Assembly: GCA_039809245.1 (NCBI GenBank)
Contig: JBDHUP010000002.1
Location: 11,188-75,187, forward strand
Source of the DNA: Minisyncoccia bacterium
GTDB taxonomy: Bacteria > Patescibacteriota > Minisyncoccia > Phycocordibacterales > UBA9973
Direction: 5' to 3'
Length of the DNA: 64,000 nucleotides
The position numbers and the translations under genes were made by a program. Below, in pieces: positions 47,199 to 57,490 of the stretch. Position 1 is the stretch's first letter, and each line of letters starts with the position of its first letter. The notes under the pieces were generated by a model. It worked only from the letters and a program-made list of their open reading frames with translations. It made no database searches and had not been told where the DNA came from.

Positions 47199-48206
47199 CT
47201 ATATATTAAACAATGGTCTAATAATACCAATTCCAGCAAGTCCTCCCAATAGGGAGAATATTCCAAGCCCAACAACAACCACTCCTGCGACTTTAAAGAA
47301 TAGTGGGGCAAATTTTGAATGCGCTAGTGATGCTGATCCAAATGAAAGTAAGGCAAGTACTGGGAAAGTCCCTAGAGCAAAGGCAAACATTATCAAAGCT
47401 CCAGTTAAAAATGACCCACTTGAAAGTGCTGCGATCTGCATAGATTGAGTAAAACCACATGGTAAGAAGAAAGTTCCAAATCCAATTAGAAGTGGTGTCA
47501 GAGTTTTATGTTCAATTTTCCTAAAAAATTTAAAAATTCCAGACGGTAGTGTGATTTTACTCTTGGCAAAAATCCCCATCAAATTGAGACCGAGTAGAAG
47601 CATAACAGTAGCTGCTATTAGTCCGAGTATTGCACCAAGAGTAAAGCTAATACCTATAGCACTCCCAAGCATCCCTAGTAATCCTCCAAGAATTGCAAAA
47701 CTTACAATTCTTCCTACATGGAATAATACAAGATTCTTTTTATCATCTATATTATCTTGTGATACTTTTGCAGACAAAGAAAGTATTAATCCCCCAACAA
47801 TTGCAAGACATGAGGAAACTGATGCTATAAGTCCGATAATAAAACTAGTAATAGGTGTGGTCTTACCGCCAATACCGAAATTCAGAAAACCTGACTTCTG
47901 TAAAAGGAAAAATAGTACCAAGAAAACAAGACCTAGTGGTATAGCTTTCCAAATGACATCATCCCCTTTCTTTTCTTGAGTTACCTTTTCTAATGAAAGG
48001 GAGTAGCCGTTTGGTTTTATTTTGCTTGTGAGTATCTCTGTTAATTCTTGAGGACTCACGTCACTATCAGTCTCTACTTCTACTGTTTCACTTTTTAAAT
48101 TTACTTGTGCATTTATGATCAAATCTTGCTCGTTTAAGATATCCTCAATCAAGATTTTGCATGACGCACAATGAGTACCCGACACATGGAATTTATATTT
48201 ATTCAT
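47199..48206 (-). CDS. Heavy-metal-associated (HMA) domain fused to a DsbD/CcdA-like 6-TM domain
   Basis: N-terminal GTHCASC metal-binding motif; TM region with paired cysteines. Confidence 0.6.
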   Translation of the reverse strand: MNKYKFHVSGTHCASCKILIEDILNEQDLIINAQVNLKSETVEVETDSDVSPQELTEILTSKIKPNGYSLSLEKVTQEKKGDDVIWKAIPLGLVFLVLFFLLQKSGFLNFGIGGKTTPITSFIIGLIASVSSCLAIVGGLILSLSAKVSQDNIDDKKNLVLFHVGRIVSFAILGGLLGMLGSAIGISFTLGAILGLIAATVMLLLGLNLMGIFAKSKITLPSGIFKFFRKIEHKTLTPLLIGFGTFFLPCGFTQSMQIAALSSGSFLTGALIMFAFALGTFPVLALLSFGSASLAHSKFAPLFFKVAGVVVVGLGIFSLLGGLAGIGIIRPLFNI

Positions 48207-48208
48207 AT

Positions 48209-50533
48209 TTATAATCTTTTAGTTTTAATCCTCAGTGAGTTCGACACTACTGAGACACTTGATAATGCCATTGCCATACCTGCAAATACAGGATTAAGTA
48301 ACCATCCAAAAATAGGATAGAATACTCCTGCTGCAAGTGGGATACCTATGATATTGTAAAAGAATGCCCAGAAAAGATTCTGCTTTATACCCGTCATTGT
48401 TATCTTTGAAAGCTTAATAGCTTTTGAGAGTTTAGAGATATCGCCACCGAGTAGTGTAATCCCTGCTGACTCTATCGCTACATCAGTTCCTGTACCCATA
48501 GCAATACCTACATCAGCTTGGGCAAGCGCTGGAGCATCATTAACCCCATCTCCAGCCATAGCCACAATCCTACCTTCCTTTTGTAGTTCTTTGATTTTCA
48601 TAAGCTTATCTTGAGGCAAGACATGAGCAACAACTTCATCTATCCCAACAAGAGAAGCCATATACTTTGCAGCCCTTTCATCATCTCCAGTGAGCATTAT
48701 TACTTTTATACCAAGCTTGTGTAGATTTACTATTGCTTGTTTTGATTCAGGCTTTATCTCATCGGCAATCATTACAAAACCTAGAACTTTATCTTTCGTA
48801 GAAAGTATAACAGGGGTCTTACCTTCTGATGTAAACTGCTCTATCTTTGACGTATCAAACTTAATGCTTAAATCTTTAACTAACTGAGCATTCCCAGCAT
48901 AGTATTCTGTATTTTTGATTACACCTGTAATACCTTTACCTTCAATATTATTAAAGAGAGCTACATCATTTATTGCGATATCCTTTTCTTTCGCATAGTT
49001 AGTTATCGCGTGAGCTATCGGATGCTCTGATTTACTTTCAAGCGAAGCTAGAAGTGATATGAGTTCATTATCTTTTAAGTCAGATAGATTTTCTATATTC
49101 ATGAGCGTTGGTTTACCTAGAGTTATTGTCCCTGTCTTGTCTACAATGACTGTATCTACTTTATGCAGCTTCTCGAGTGTGGCTGCATCTTTAATTAGAA
49201 TTCCTTCGCGAGCTCCTTTACCAACTCCAACGATAACTGCAGTCGGAGTTGCAAGTCCAAGTGCGCATGGACAAGCAATTACCAAAACCCCAACAAAAGA
49301 AACTAGTCCAAAAGATAGAGCTTGAGATAGTCCAAGTGGACCGATACCAAACGCAAGCCACGCTCCTAGAGTTAGAAATGCAATAACGATTACAATTGGA
49401 ACAAAGACACTTGAAATCCTATCAGCTAGTGCTTGTATTGGAGCCTTTGATCCTTGGGCTTCTTCTACCATTGTTATAATCTGCGCGAGCAGTGTCTCTG
49501 ACCCTACTTTTGTAGCCGAGAATATGAACGATCCTGTAGTGTTTATAGTTCCAGATACTACAGTATCACCTATTTTCTTTTCTACTGGCATTGGTTCACC
49601 AGTAACCATAGACTCATCAATAAATGAGGCACCCTTAGTAATCACTCCATCGACAGGAATTTTTGTTCCTGGTTTTACGACAATTAAATCTCCATGGACA
49701 ACTTCATTTATAGAAACTTCCACTTCCTTACCATTGCGTATGACCAGTGCTGTTTTAGCTTGAAGGGTTAGGAGCTTCTCTATCGCATCCCCCGTTTTCA
49801 CTTTTGAGCGAGCTTCTAGATATTTACCTAAAGCAATAAAAGTAATAACAACAATAGTCACATCGTAATATGTGTGATCTACATTTATAAAAGGTTTCAA
49901 GACATCTTCAAATGCGGTAACGGCGAAACTATATAAAAAAGCAGAGACAGTTCCTATTCCGATAAGTGTATCCATGTTCGCTTTACCATATCGAAGGAAA
50001 CGATAGAACCCCATAAGATACGGCCTACCAACTACGAATAACATATATGTCGCAAAAATTGGTAAGAGATGGTGAAAAAGTTCTTTCAATGTATAGCTCA
50101 TCATAGGAACAGCTTTGTATTGAGCTAAAATATCCCAAGTCATCACGAAAATACTGAAAATAGCTAGTGGAATAGCCGACAGGACTTTAGATTTCATATC
50201 TTTTATCTCTTCAAGCTTTTCTTTCTTTGATTGATTGAGGTCTAAGTGCTCGGCGTGTTCATTCTCGCTCATACCCATTTCTTTCGCACTCATATTATGA
50301 TTACTGTGATCCACAGGCTCGGGAACTACTAAACTATAACCAAGTGGTTCTAATTTCTTATTGAAAGACTCTGGATTAGTTTTAGTTCTATCAAAAGTTA
50401 TCTTGGCATTCTCAGTACCATTGTTCACAGATACCTCTTCTACCCCATCAATCTTCTTGACGGTTCTCTCGATAATGCTTGCACATGATGCGCAATGCAT
50501 TCCTTTTATTTTGTATATCTGTGGTTTGTTCAT
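48209..50533 (-). CDS. copA: Copper-translocating P1B-type ATPase
   Basis: HMA GMHCASC, CPC transmembrane motif, [15 protein letters not shown]. Confidence 0.9.
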   Translation of the reverse strand: MNKPQIYKIKGMHCASCASIIERTVKKIDGVEEVSVNNGTENAKITFDRTKTNPESFNKKLEPLGYSLVVPEPVDHSNHNMSAKEMGMSENEHAEHLDLNQSKKEKLEEIKDMKSKVLSAIPLAIFSIFVMTWDILAQYKAVPMMSYTLKELFHHLLPIFATYMLFVVGRPYLMGFYRFLRYGKANMDTLIGIGTVSAFLYSFAVTAFEDVLKPFINVDHTYYDVTIVVITFIALGKYLEARSKVKTGDAIEKLLTLQAKTALVIRNGKEVEVSINEVVHGDLIVVKPGTKIPVDGVITKGASFIDESMVTGEPMPVEKKIGDTVVSGTINTTGSFIFSATKVGSETLLAQIITMVEEAQGSKAPIQALADRISSVFVPIVIVIAFLTLGAWLAFGIGPLGLSQALSFGLVSFVGVLVIACPCALGLATPTAVIVGVGKGAREGILIKDAATLEKLHKVDTVIVDKTGTITLGKPTLMNIENLSDLKDNELISLLASLESKSEHPIAHAITNYAKEKDIAINDVALFNNIEGKGITGVIKNTEYYAGNAQLVKDLSIKFDTSKIEQFTSEGKTPVILSTKDKVLGFVMIADEIKPESKQAIVNLHKLGIKVIMLTGDDERAAKYMASLVGIDEVVAHVLPQDKLMKIKELQKEGRIVAMAGDGVNDAPALAQADVGIAMGTGTDVAIESAGITLLGGDISKLSKAIKLSKITMTGIKQNLFWAFFYNIIGIPLAAGVFYPIFGWLLNPVFAGMAMALSSVSVVSNSLRIKTKRL

Positions 50534-50535
50534 AA

Positions 50536-50800
50536 TTACTTCCTCTTTAGTTTGTAAACTTTCAGTATTTCAGTTGTAGCTTTACCTGTCTCACCTTTCT
50601 TAATCTGGTTTACTACACAGTGACTTAGGTGACCCTCCATAAGCATATCCTCGACATTTGAGAGACCTTGCTTAATAGCAGACGTTTGAGTGATGACATC
50701 AATACAGTAAGTATCATTCTCTATAAGCTTTTGAAGCCCACGAACCTGCCCTTCTAAAATTTTTAATCTTCTTATCATTTTTTGTTTATTTGTATGCATA
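50536..50800 (-). CDS. csoR: CsoR-family copper-sensing repressor
   Basis: DUF156 core with the conserved C...H..C (HLSHC) signature; 2 bp upstream of copA; ATG start at 50800 preferred over the ORF-track TTG. Confidence 0.8.
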
Positions 50801-50804
50801 AAAC

Positions 50805-50835
50805 AAGTATACCCCCTAGGGGGTATACTTGTCAA
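50805..50835 (-). promoter_or_regulatory. 26-bp perfect palindrome (aagtataccccctagggggtatactt) overlapping a TTGACA-N18-TATACT promoter 5 nt upstream of the csoR ATG; candidate CsoR operator
   Basis: Seen in sequence; GC-rich inverted repeat of CsoR-box type. Confidence 0.55.
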
Positions 50836-50843
50836 CTAGTGAA

Positions 50844-51461
50844 TTACTTCTTCTTTTTATATTCCACCAAACTGCCGGCTTCTATCTCGATAGGGTCGGC
50901 TTTTCTGAAGTATTTTTCTACACCTTTCGGATAGGCATCTTCGTGAGGAGAGTCATCGAGCGCTGCCCCTATCGCCCATAGATCTTTGTCTGATATAATC
51001 CAGTCTTTCCCAAACTTTTTTAAATCAAATGGCTTTGAGAAGCTCTGTAATGTTTTCACTCCATCGCTGTTTGTGAAGTATTCATGGAAGTACGACATCG
51101 CAAGCTCGCGGACACTCTTGTAGACTGGTTCGCGATAGCGGAGTACAGCGTGGTTCGTCTTTGATATTGCTCCCCATCGGCCACCTTCTTTAAATAGAGT
51201 TACGACGTGATCGAAGTCACTTTTGGCACTTTTTAGATCGAGCAACAGTGGCTTCCTCTTGTGAAACCAAAGTATTGCTGCTGCAAGATAGGCTCCTTCG
51301 AGGCAGTGAGCAGTGCCACGCGCGAGAGTTACGCGTGGAGAGGAACAAGTCTCCCCTTTTTCTTCAAAGTTAGCGGGTAGAGTATTTAGAAAGTCTTGAA
51401 TCTTGGATGGAGTATCTAGCTTTTTAAAAATTACTATTTCTTTTTCATTTAGTCCGAACAC
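50844..51461 (-). CDS. Hypothetical protein (possible Cys/His hydrolase fold)
   Basis: 205 aa; CLEGAYLAAAILW and H/D-containing segments. Confidence 0.3.
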   Translation of the reverse strand: MFGLNEKEIVIFKKLDTPSKIQDFLNTLPANFEEKGETCSSPRVTLARGTAHCLEGAYLAAAILWFHKRKPLLLDLKSAKSDFDHVVTLFKEGGRWGAISKTNHAVLRYREPVYKSVRELAMSYFHEYFTNSDGVKTLQSFSKPFDLKKFGKDWIISDKDLWAIGAALDDSPHEDAYPKGVEKYFRKADPIEIEAGSLVEYKKKK

Positions 51462-51490
51462 CTATAAATTATATCACTTTATTCTAAATT

Positions 51491-52171
51491 TTAATTTTTA
51501 TATAAATCTAAAAGTGATTCTTTTGATAAAAGAGCAATTTTTGGTGGTTGAGATAAATATTTAATAGTTATAAATTTTGATATCATATCTTTTACTCGAT
51601 TCCTTTGTTTATTATTAGAATTAACATCCCATTTATTTTTATCATCATTATCAATTTCAAAAATTTCAATACCTAGACTTTTTGCAATATCAGTTTTATT
51701 AGCAAGTACAGAGTATGCAGTAAAATAATCAATTTTACTTAATTCTCCTGTAGGATTCTCTCTTATTTGTTTAGCTATATCTTCAAAATCAGAACGAGTC
51801 TCTTTTTCTAATTTATCTTGTAAATCAGAAAATAATTTCTTTAGTATTTCATATTGTTTCTCTTTTGATTTAAAAATATCTTCATCATACTTAGAAAGCT
51901 CATCTTTAACAAATCTCTCTGAGATACTCCCAAATCCATCAATATGCATTAAACTAACATTGAATTCTTTTGCGCCATCTTTCTTCATTAGATAGTCATA
52001 TAATTCAGGATGAGCTTTTTCAAATTCTACTGATTTTGGTCTTTCTTTACTATTTCTATCAAATTTTTCAACAGTAACTACATCTCCCATATATAGCCAT
52101 GTATGCTCTTCTTGTTTTTTTGATATTAAATTTTTTATTGATTCCATTCCCATACAGTTATAGTATATCAA
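51491..52171 (-). CDS. Hypothetical protein
   Basis: 226 aa ORF. Confidence 0.3.
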   Translation of the reverse strand: MIYYNCMGMESIKNLISKKQEEHTWLYMGDVVTVEKFDRNSKERPKSVEFEKAHPELYDYLMKKDGAKEFNVSLMHIDGFGSISERFVKDELSKYDEDIFKSKEKQYEILKKLFSDLQDKLEKETRSDFEDIAKQIRENPTGELSKIDYFTAYSVLANKTDIAKSLGIEIFEIDNDDKNKWDVNSNNKQRNRVKDMISKFITIKYLSQPPKIALLSKESLLDLYKN

Positions 52172-52173
52172 AC

Positions 52174-52638
52174 TTATAAATTTATTTTTCTATACACCTC
52201 TGAAAGCAAGTTGTGAATATAGTGGATTATTACTGCAAGCCAAATAGTACCAGCCCACAGAGTAACGATTGATGCTATTGGACCGAATATTAGCCCAGCG
52301 TATAGAACTTGATGAATAGTTTCTCTCTTTGTTTGCCACTTGGAGTTCTTAAAATGCCATAGTCCAAACAGGACAGACGAAATAATAATAGATAAAATTG
52401 GATTCAAAAATAGGAATAATCCAAATAATATAAATCCTCTGAATATTATTTCTTCATAAAGACTAGATAGGAATGTAGAGACTCGCCACGGGTAGCGACC
52501 GTAGGTTTTACCAGTTTCCTTATATTCTTTCCTTTGAGTGATAACTGCAAGAGTAATAAGTCCACAAATAATAATTATCTGTATAAAAGGAGTAAGAAAT
52601 CCTATTTGTTTAAAACTTAGTACTTCTAGATAAGTCAT
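52174..52638 (-). CDS. CPBP-family intramembrane metalloprotease (CAAX protease / Abi-type)
   Basis: EEIIFRG, FGLWH and HxxxN motifs. Confidence 0.75.
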   Translation of the reverse strand: MTYLEVLSFKQIGFLTPFIQIIIICGLITLAVITQRKEYKETGKTYGRYPWRVSTFLSSLYEEIIFRGFILFGLFLFLNPILSIIISSVLFGLWHFKNSKWQTKRETIHQVLYAGLIFGPIASIVTLWAGTIWLAVIIHYIHNLLSEVYRKINL

Positions 52639-52648
52639 TGCTTTACTG

Positions 52649-52720
52649 TGATCCCGGTAGGAATCGAACCTACATCATAACTTCCGCAAAGTTACGTCCT
52701 ATCCATTGAACGACGGGATC
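52649..52720 (-). tRNA. tRNA-Arg with anticodon GCG
   Basis: Manual cloverleaf: acceptor GATCCCG/CGGGATC, anticodon stem TAACT/AGTTA, loop TTGCGGA. Confidence 0.7.
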
Positions 52721-52821
52721 ATATAACGTTTTAAATCTACAACATTAACGACATATTCGCAAGTAAATAAAAAACACTCGCTAAATACATAGCGAGTGTC
52801 AAATAAGTTAAAAGAACAAAA

Positions 52822-53865
52822 CTAATCCCTAAATATCACAATGGTACCCTTAGGAATTTTGTTTCCGTCTACATCATCTCCAGTAAAAACTTTACCATCA
52901 GGAAAGCGATAGAAGGTTGATGCTAGATTGTAGTCTTTCCCTACAATACTATAGGCGGTTCGGTCTTTATCGACCTTACCACCATAAACATAACCAACTA
53001 AAACTTTTGTCCCTAAAGGTAATGAATTCAACTCATTCTTAGTGAGCTGCTTACCAGTTAATATTCTGCCGTCAGAAAAGAAATATATAGTAGATTTACT
53101 ATCATAATCTTCTCCAGCGATTGAATATACACCTTTAGATGTTATAGTCCGGAATCCTTCAAAATCATCATCCGCCCCTTCCTTCTTTTCTTCTTTTGGC
53201 TCAACAGGTTCATCTTTTTCAACGACCTCTTGTTTACCATATAGAATTTTAAAAAGGTATGGGTCAGCATTTGTAAGACGTTTTGCTTTTACATCAGGAT
53301 CAGTGGAAAAAGTATTACCTAATCCCAACTGCTTCCTTACGTAAGATGTTGCGAACAACATCCCACAACGCTTACGACCACGATGATTTTTGGAATACCA
53401 TTCGTTCGGCACATCATAGGCAATCATTGAGTGGGTCATCACCTGCTTGTCAGCCAAATGATAGCTCTTCTTTAGAGAGAAAATTAATTTCTTTAAAGAA
53501 GATATCTGTTTGACTGTCGGCTTTCTATTGTGATAACCAACCACTTCGATACCTATGGAAGTATTAGAGAGGTTTGTTCTTCCACTCCACATACTTCTCC
53601 CAGCGTGCTTTGCAATTTTGTTTGTACTAATAACAGTGTAGATTACACCATTAGTAGTGACTAAAAAATTGCATGTACCTTGTTTTACTACCGCATTTAG
53701 CGAGGAAGTGTTACTTCCTTCTGTAGTATGCAGGACAATCATGCTGGTTTTTGTTCTTTTCGGACGCTTTTTATCCCACTTACTAAGTTTATTTACATAA
53801 ACTTGAGCATTTGAATATAAAAAGCAAACTAGCAGTAGCACTGCGAGGCATACAACTTTTTTCAT
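52822..53865 (-). CDS. Secreted N-acetylmuramoyl-L-alanine amidase (amidase_2/PGRP-like) with C-terminal repeats
   Basis: Signal peptide; amidase_2-like core (IVLHTTEG, IGIEVVG); two C-terminal repeats YSI.G.DY. Confidence 0.55.
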   Translation of the reverse strand: MKKVVCLAVLLLVCFLYSNAQVYVNKLSKWDKKRPKRTKTSMIVLHTTEGSNTSSLNAVVKQGTCNFLVTTNGVIYTVISTNKIAKHAGRSMWSGRTNLSNTSIGIEVVGYHNRKPTVKQISSLKKLIFSLKKSYHLADKQVMTHSMIAYDVPNEWYSKNHRGRKRCGMLFATSYVRKQLGLGNTFSTDPDVKAKRLTNADPYLFKILYGKQEVVEKDEPVEPKEEKKEGADDDFEGFRTITSKGVYSIAGEDYDSKSTIYFFSDGRILTGKQLTKNELNSLPLGTKVLVGYVYGGKVDKDRTAYSIVGKDYNLASTFYRFPDGKVFTGDDVDGNKIPKGTIVIFRD

Positions 53866-53939
53866 ATTGCTGGTTTTAGGTTTTTAAAGAAATTACCTTG
53901 TATTATACACCAAAAAACCTTAAATGTCAAGTAGATATA

Positions 53940-54206
53940 TTACTTCCCTTCGGCCCAATCTCTGATTTCTTTGAGAGTGACTTCGCCACAGAGAGTCTTC
54001 CCTGTTTCTTGATTTAGAAAGAATGGCACTCCACCACAAGGTTCTGCTTCGCAGTCGAGCTTCTCACAAAGTGCATTATTCTTCTTATTGTGCCAGATTT
54101 CTAATTTTTCTATTTTGATTCCTTCTTTAGTTAGCTTATCGATGAATTTCTCCATTCGGATACAATGCGGACATTCAAGTCCATAGAAGAATAGTAAGTT
54201 TTCCAT
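53940..54206 (-). CDS. Glutaredoxin/thioredoxin-like small redox protein
   Basis: CPHC active site; internal ATG (MENLLFFYGLECPHC) used, since the longer ORF overlaps the rpsT terminator. Confidence 0.7.
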   Translation of the reverse strand: MENLLFFYGLECPHCIRMEKFIDKLTKEGIKIEKLEIWHNKKNNALCEKLDCEAEPCGGVPFFLNQETGKTLCGEVTLKEIRDWAEGK

Positions 54207-54241
54207 ACGAGCATTATATATGAGTGAGTATAAAAAACAAA

Positions 54242-54257
54242 ACCGCCATCTGGCGGT
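54242..54257 (-). terminator. Hairpin accgccatctggcggt plus T-run; terminator of rpsT
   Basis: Seen in sequence. Confidence 0.6.
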
Positions 54258-54264
54258 CTGTTCT

Positions 54265-54519
54265 CTACTTTGTGATTTTAGATAGTCTAGCTTTCTTGCG
54301 AGATGCAGTATTCTGCTTGAATACTCCTTTCTTTGTCGCCTTGTCGATAGCTTTGTAAGCAGTAGGAAGAAGTTTCTTTGCATCGGCATTCTTCTTTGCT
54401 TTTACTAGCTTTTCGATATCTTTGATTGCTTCTTTGACAGCTTTTTTATTGCGATCATTAGCAGCTTTCTTAACTAGAGATCCACGTAGTGCTTTTTTTG
54501 CTGATTTTGTAATTGGCAT
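54265..54519 (-). CDS. rpsT: 30S ribosomal protein S20
   Basis: MPITKSAKKALR... conserved S20 sequence; start at the internal ATG. Confidence 0.9.
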   Translation of the reverse strand: MPITKSAKKALRGSLVKKAANDRNKKAVKEAIKDIEKLVKAKKNADAKKLLPTAYKAIDKATKKGVFKQNTASRKKARLSKITK

Positions 54520-54644
54520 ATTTTTATAAGTTATTAGTATTCTCTTCACCGAGACACGGATAAAAGTGAATATGTGTATACTACCAGAAAACATATATAA
54601 AGTAAACGTTCTGCAAAATCGTGAAAACTTAGTATAATAGGACT

Positions 54645-55223
54645 ATGATTGCCCACATAAAAGGAACCATAATTCATAAATCCGACAAATTCCTAGTCGT
54701 CGATGTTGCTGGCGTGGGCTACAAGGTCTTCGTCGCCCCAGACTCTCTCCTATCTTTAGATGAAGGCAGTATCGTCTCCCTATGGACATATATGGCCGTC
54801 AGAGAGACTGCTCTTGATCTATATGGATTCACTACCAAGGAAGAGATGGACTTCTTCGAGCTCTTGCTCGATGTCTCTGGTATTGGTCCGAAGTCTGCGC
54901 TCTCTATACTCTCAGTCGCATCTATCAATACTCTGAAGAAAGCCATCGCCACTGGCGACACTAGCTACTTAAACAAGGTCTCTGGTATCGGCAAGAAAAC
55001 TGCCGAGAAGATAGTCGTCGAACTTCGTGATAAACTCCAAGCTCATAAAGGTGAAGATGGAGAGAGTAACGGCCTCCGCGATGAAAGCGATATAGTTGAA
55101 GCTCTCAAGTCTCTCGGCTACTCACAAAACGAAGCTCGTGATGCTCTCAAGAAAGTAGACGAAAAGACAGAGGGCACCAACGCCCGCATTAAAGAAGCTC
55201 TCAAAATACTAGGAGGAAAGTAG
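54645..55223 (+). CDS. ruvA: Holliday junction branch-migration protein RuvA
   Basis: MIAHIKGTI...VDVAGVGYKV N-terminus; HhH motifs. Confidence 0.85.
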   Translation: MIAHIKGTIIHKSDKFLVVDVAGVGYKVFVAPDSLLSLDEGSIVSLWTYMAVRETALDLYGFTTKEEMDFFELLLDVSGIGPKSALSILSVASINTLKKAIATGDTSYLNKVSGIGKKTAEKIVVELRDKLQAHKGEDGESNGLRDESDIVEALKSLGYSQNEARDALKKVDEKTEGTNARIKEALKILGGK

Positions 55224-55224
55224 C

Positions 55225-56151
55225 ATGCCTGAATTACCAGAAGTTACAACAACAGTAAAAGGATTGCAGAGAGTTCTTCCGAAGAACACTATTGTCGATG
55301 TCTGGACTGACCTTGCCAAGAAGAATCCGATAAAGCAGTTCCGAGAAACAATAAAGAATGAAGTCTTCTTCAAGAAATTTAAAAATACAGTCAAAGGCAC
55401 AAAGGTTATAAACGTCGAGCGCCGAGCGAAGAACATACTGATAAACCTCGCCAATAAAGAGACCGTCCTCATCCATCTGAAGATGACCGGACATATTATC
55501 TACGGTAAGTATGTCTATAATAAGAAGGAGAATAAGTGGACTCCAGCTAAAGACGAACGCGAAGCTCTGCATGATCCATTCAACCGATTCATCCACGTCG
55601 TCTTCTCTCTTTCAAATGGCAAGCAGTTCGTACTTTGTGATTCTAGAAAGTTCGGCAAGGTTACGATTATGCCGACCGCAACCGCTCATGAGACAGTTCA
55701 CTTAAGCGGTATAGGACCTGAGCCACTCGATAAGAGCTTCACACTGGTGAAGTTCAAAGATAGATTACTAAGTAAACCAAACGGCAATATTAAGACAGTT
55801 CTGATGGACCAGTCAGTCATCGCTGGCATCGGTAATATTTATTCTGATGAGATGCTCTGGCTTGCCGGCGTCCACCCAGAATCCAAGCCAGCTAAACTTC
55901 CAAAGAAAGAGCTCGAGTTACTTTATAAAGGGATGCAGAGTGTGCTTAAGAGTGGTATTGATTTTGGTGGTGACTCGATGTCCGACTATCGCGATATCGA
56001 TGGCAAGCGTGGCAACTTCCAGAACCATCACAATGTCTATAAAAAGAAGAATGAACTTTGTGGGAAGAAAGGCTGTAAGGGTGTTATAATGAGGAAAGTT
56101 ATCAATGGTCGCAGCGCTCACTACTGTAGTGTGCACCAAAAATTATTCTAA
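55225..56151 (+). CDS. mutM: Formamidopyrimidine-DNA glycosylase (Fpg/MutM family)
   Basis: MPELPEV N-terminus; C-terminal zinc finger. Confidence 0.85.
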   Translation: MPELPEVTTTVKGLQRVLPKNTIVDVWTDLAKKNPIKQFRETIKNEVFFKKFKNTVKGTKVINVERRAKNILINLANKETVLIHLKMTGHIIYGKYVYNKKENKWTPAKDEREALHDPFNRFIHVVFSLSNGKQFVLCDSRKFGKVTIMPTATAHETVHLSGIGPEPLDKSFTLVKFKDRLLSKPNGNIKTVLMDQSVIAGIGNIYSDEMLWLAGVHPESKPAKLPKKELELLYKGMQSVLKSGIDFGGDSMSDYRDIDGKRGNFQNHHNVYKKKNELCGKKGCKGVIMRKVINGRSAHYCSVHQKLF

Positions 56152-56157
56152 AATATT

Positions 56158-56355
56158 ATGATGAAAAAAATAAAAACAAATGGCGGAGAAATGGATTTCC
56201 TAATTATGATTCTACTTTTCCTAGTAGTTATATTTATTATCTGGGTGCTAACTGGTGGTCAGAATAATGCGAGTAAAGATAAGCCTTTCATCACTCCTGG
56301 TAATGACCAGAGTGCTCCTCTACAAGTCTACGGTCCAGGTGAGAAGCCAAACTAA
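56158..56355 (+). CDS. Small single-TM protein
   Basis: 65 aa ORF. Confidence 0.3.
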   Translation: MMKKIKTNGGEMDFLIMILLFLVVIFIIWVLTGGQNNASKDKPFITPGNDQSAPLQVYGPGEKPN

Positions 56356-56828
56356 GGCTTAAGTATTCTAAATAGTGCGACCCCTGTCGCCACAGAGACG
56401 TTCAGAGACTCTTTCTTCCCATACATTGGGATCTCTATTATCGTATCGCAAATACCGAGCACCTTCTTATCGAGGCCTGTGACTTCTGGTCCGACTATTA
56501 TGGCAACCTTCTTTGGAGTTTTTACTTTCCGATAGTCGACTGACTTCTTATCTTGCTCAAGAGCTATGATGTGGTAGCCATCTTTCTTTAGAGATTTGAT
56601 GAGTGGTACGAGTTCTTCTTGGTATTCCCAAGGAACCCAAGTCTCAGCTCCAAGTGCACTCTTGGCAATATCTTTCTGGACTCGGCCGAACTTATCCGTC
56701 GGTCGCGGAGTATACCCTACTAAGTAGACCTTATCTACCCCGACAGCATCCGCCGTCCGAAACATCGCCCCGACATTAATAGCCGAACGAATATCAGGGA
56801 GGATTAAAATTGAAGAATTCTTTTTCAT
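56352..56828 (-). CDS. SpoU/TrmH-family RNA 2'-O-methyltransferase
   Basis: SPOUT motifs (IGAMFRTADA..., LGIPMYG-like). Confidence 0.7.
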   Translation of the reverse strand: MKKNSSILILPDIRSAINVGAMFRTADAVGVDKVYLVGYTPRPTDKFGRVQKDIAKSALGAETWVPWEYQEELVPLIKSLKKDGYHIIALEQDKKSVDYRKVKTPKKVAIIVGPEVTGLDKKVLGICDTIIEIPMYGKKESLNVSVATGVALFRILKP

Positions 56829-56835
56829 TTAAAAA

Positions 56836-57267
56836 TTATTTTTTATGTAAAATAAAAAATGGAATTTCATCAATGCCTATATAATTAAACATTTTATAAT
56901 TTGCGCGTCTAGCTTTTTCTGATAGCTGATGCATTTTTAAATTAATTTTTGGAATAAAAGGATAAAACCTAATTTCTTGATGACTACCTTCTTTGTCTTT
57001 CCATTTAAAATTTGTAATTAAAGGTGGAACCATATAGCCAGATTTCATAACTTTTGAAATTACATCCCATCCAGCTCCAAAAATTACAGGTTTGGGTTTT
57101 GAATTATTTGTCTTTACTTGAGCACGAAAAAGGCAACCTGTGCATTGTATATCATATAAAGGATAGTTCTTAGGAAGTACCATGAGACTTTTACCACAAT
57201 TAGGACATGGTATAAGTTTCACTACTTCAATCTCTCCTATATCTCCTGATTCTTGGCTTTTAGACAT
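56836..57267 (-). CDS. Hypothetical protein with an N-terminal Cys4 zinc ribbon
   Basis: CPNC...CTGC. Confidence 0.35.
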   Translation of the reverse strand: MSKSQESGDIGEIEVVKLIPCPNCGKSLMVLPKNYPLYDIQCTGCLFRAQVKTNNSKPKPVIFGAGWDVISKVMKSGYMVPPLITNFKWKDKEGSHQEIRFYPFIPKINLKMHQLSEKARRANYKMFNYIGIDEIPFFILHKK

Positions 57268-57359
57268 GAAGTCATTAGATCATTTTTATATATTAGATGC
57301 AAGAAACAAGAATTGGTTTTGTTGATTTTAACGCTTAAATATGGTATTTTTGTTTAATC

Positions 57360-57432
57360 GCCCTCGTAGCTCAGTCGGTAGAGCAGCTCCCTTTTAAGGA
57401 GATGGTCGTAGGTTCGATTCCTACCGAGGGCA
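57360..57432 (+). tRNA. tRNA-Lys (anticodon TTT)
   Basis: Manual cloverleaf; anticodon loop CTTTTAA. Confidence 0.85.
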
Positions 57433-57454
57433 CATTAAGTTATCCACATATCGT

Positions 57455-57484
57455 TTGATTTATGCACATACTGTGGTGTATAAT
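57455..57484 (+). promoter_or_regulatory. Sigma-70-like promoter TTGATT-N18-TATAAT with TG immediately upstream of the -10, pointing into an ORF-free region
   Basis: Seen in sequence. Confidence 0.4.
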
Positions 57485-57490
57485 GTATGC

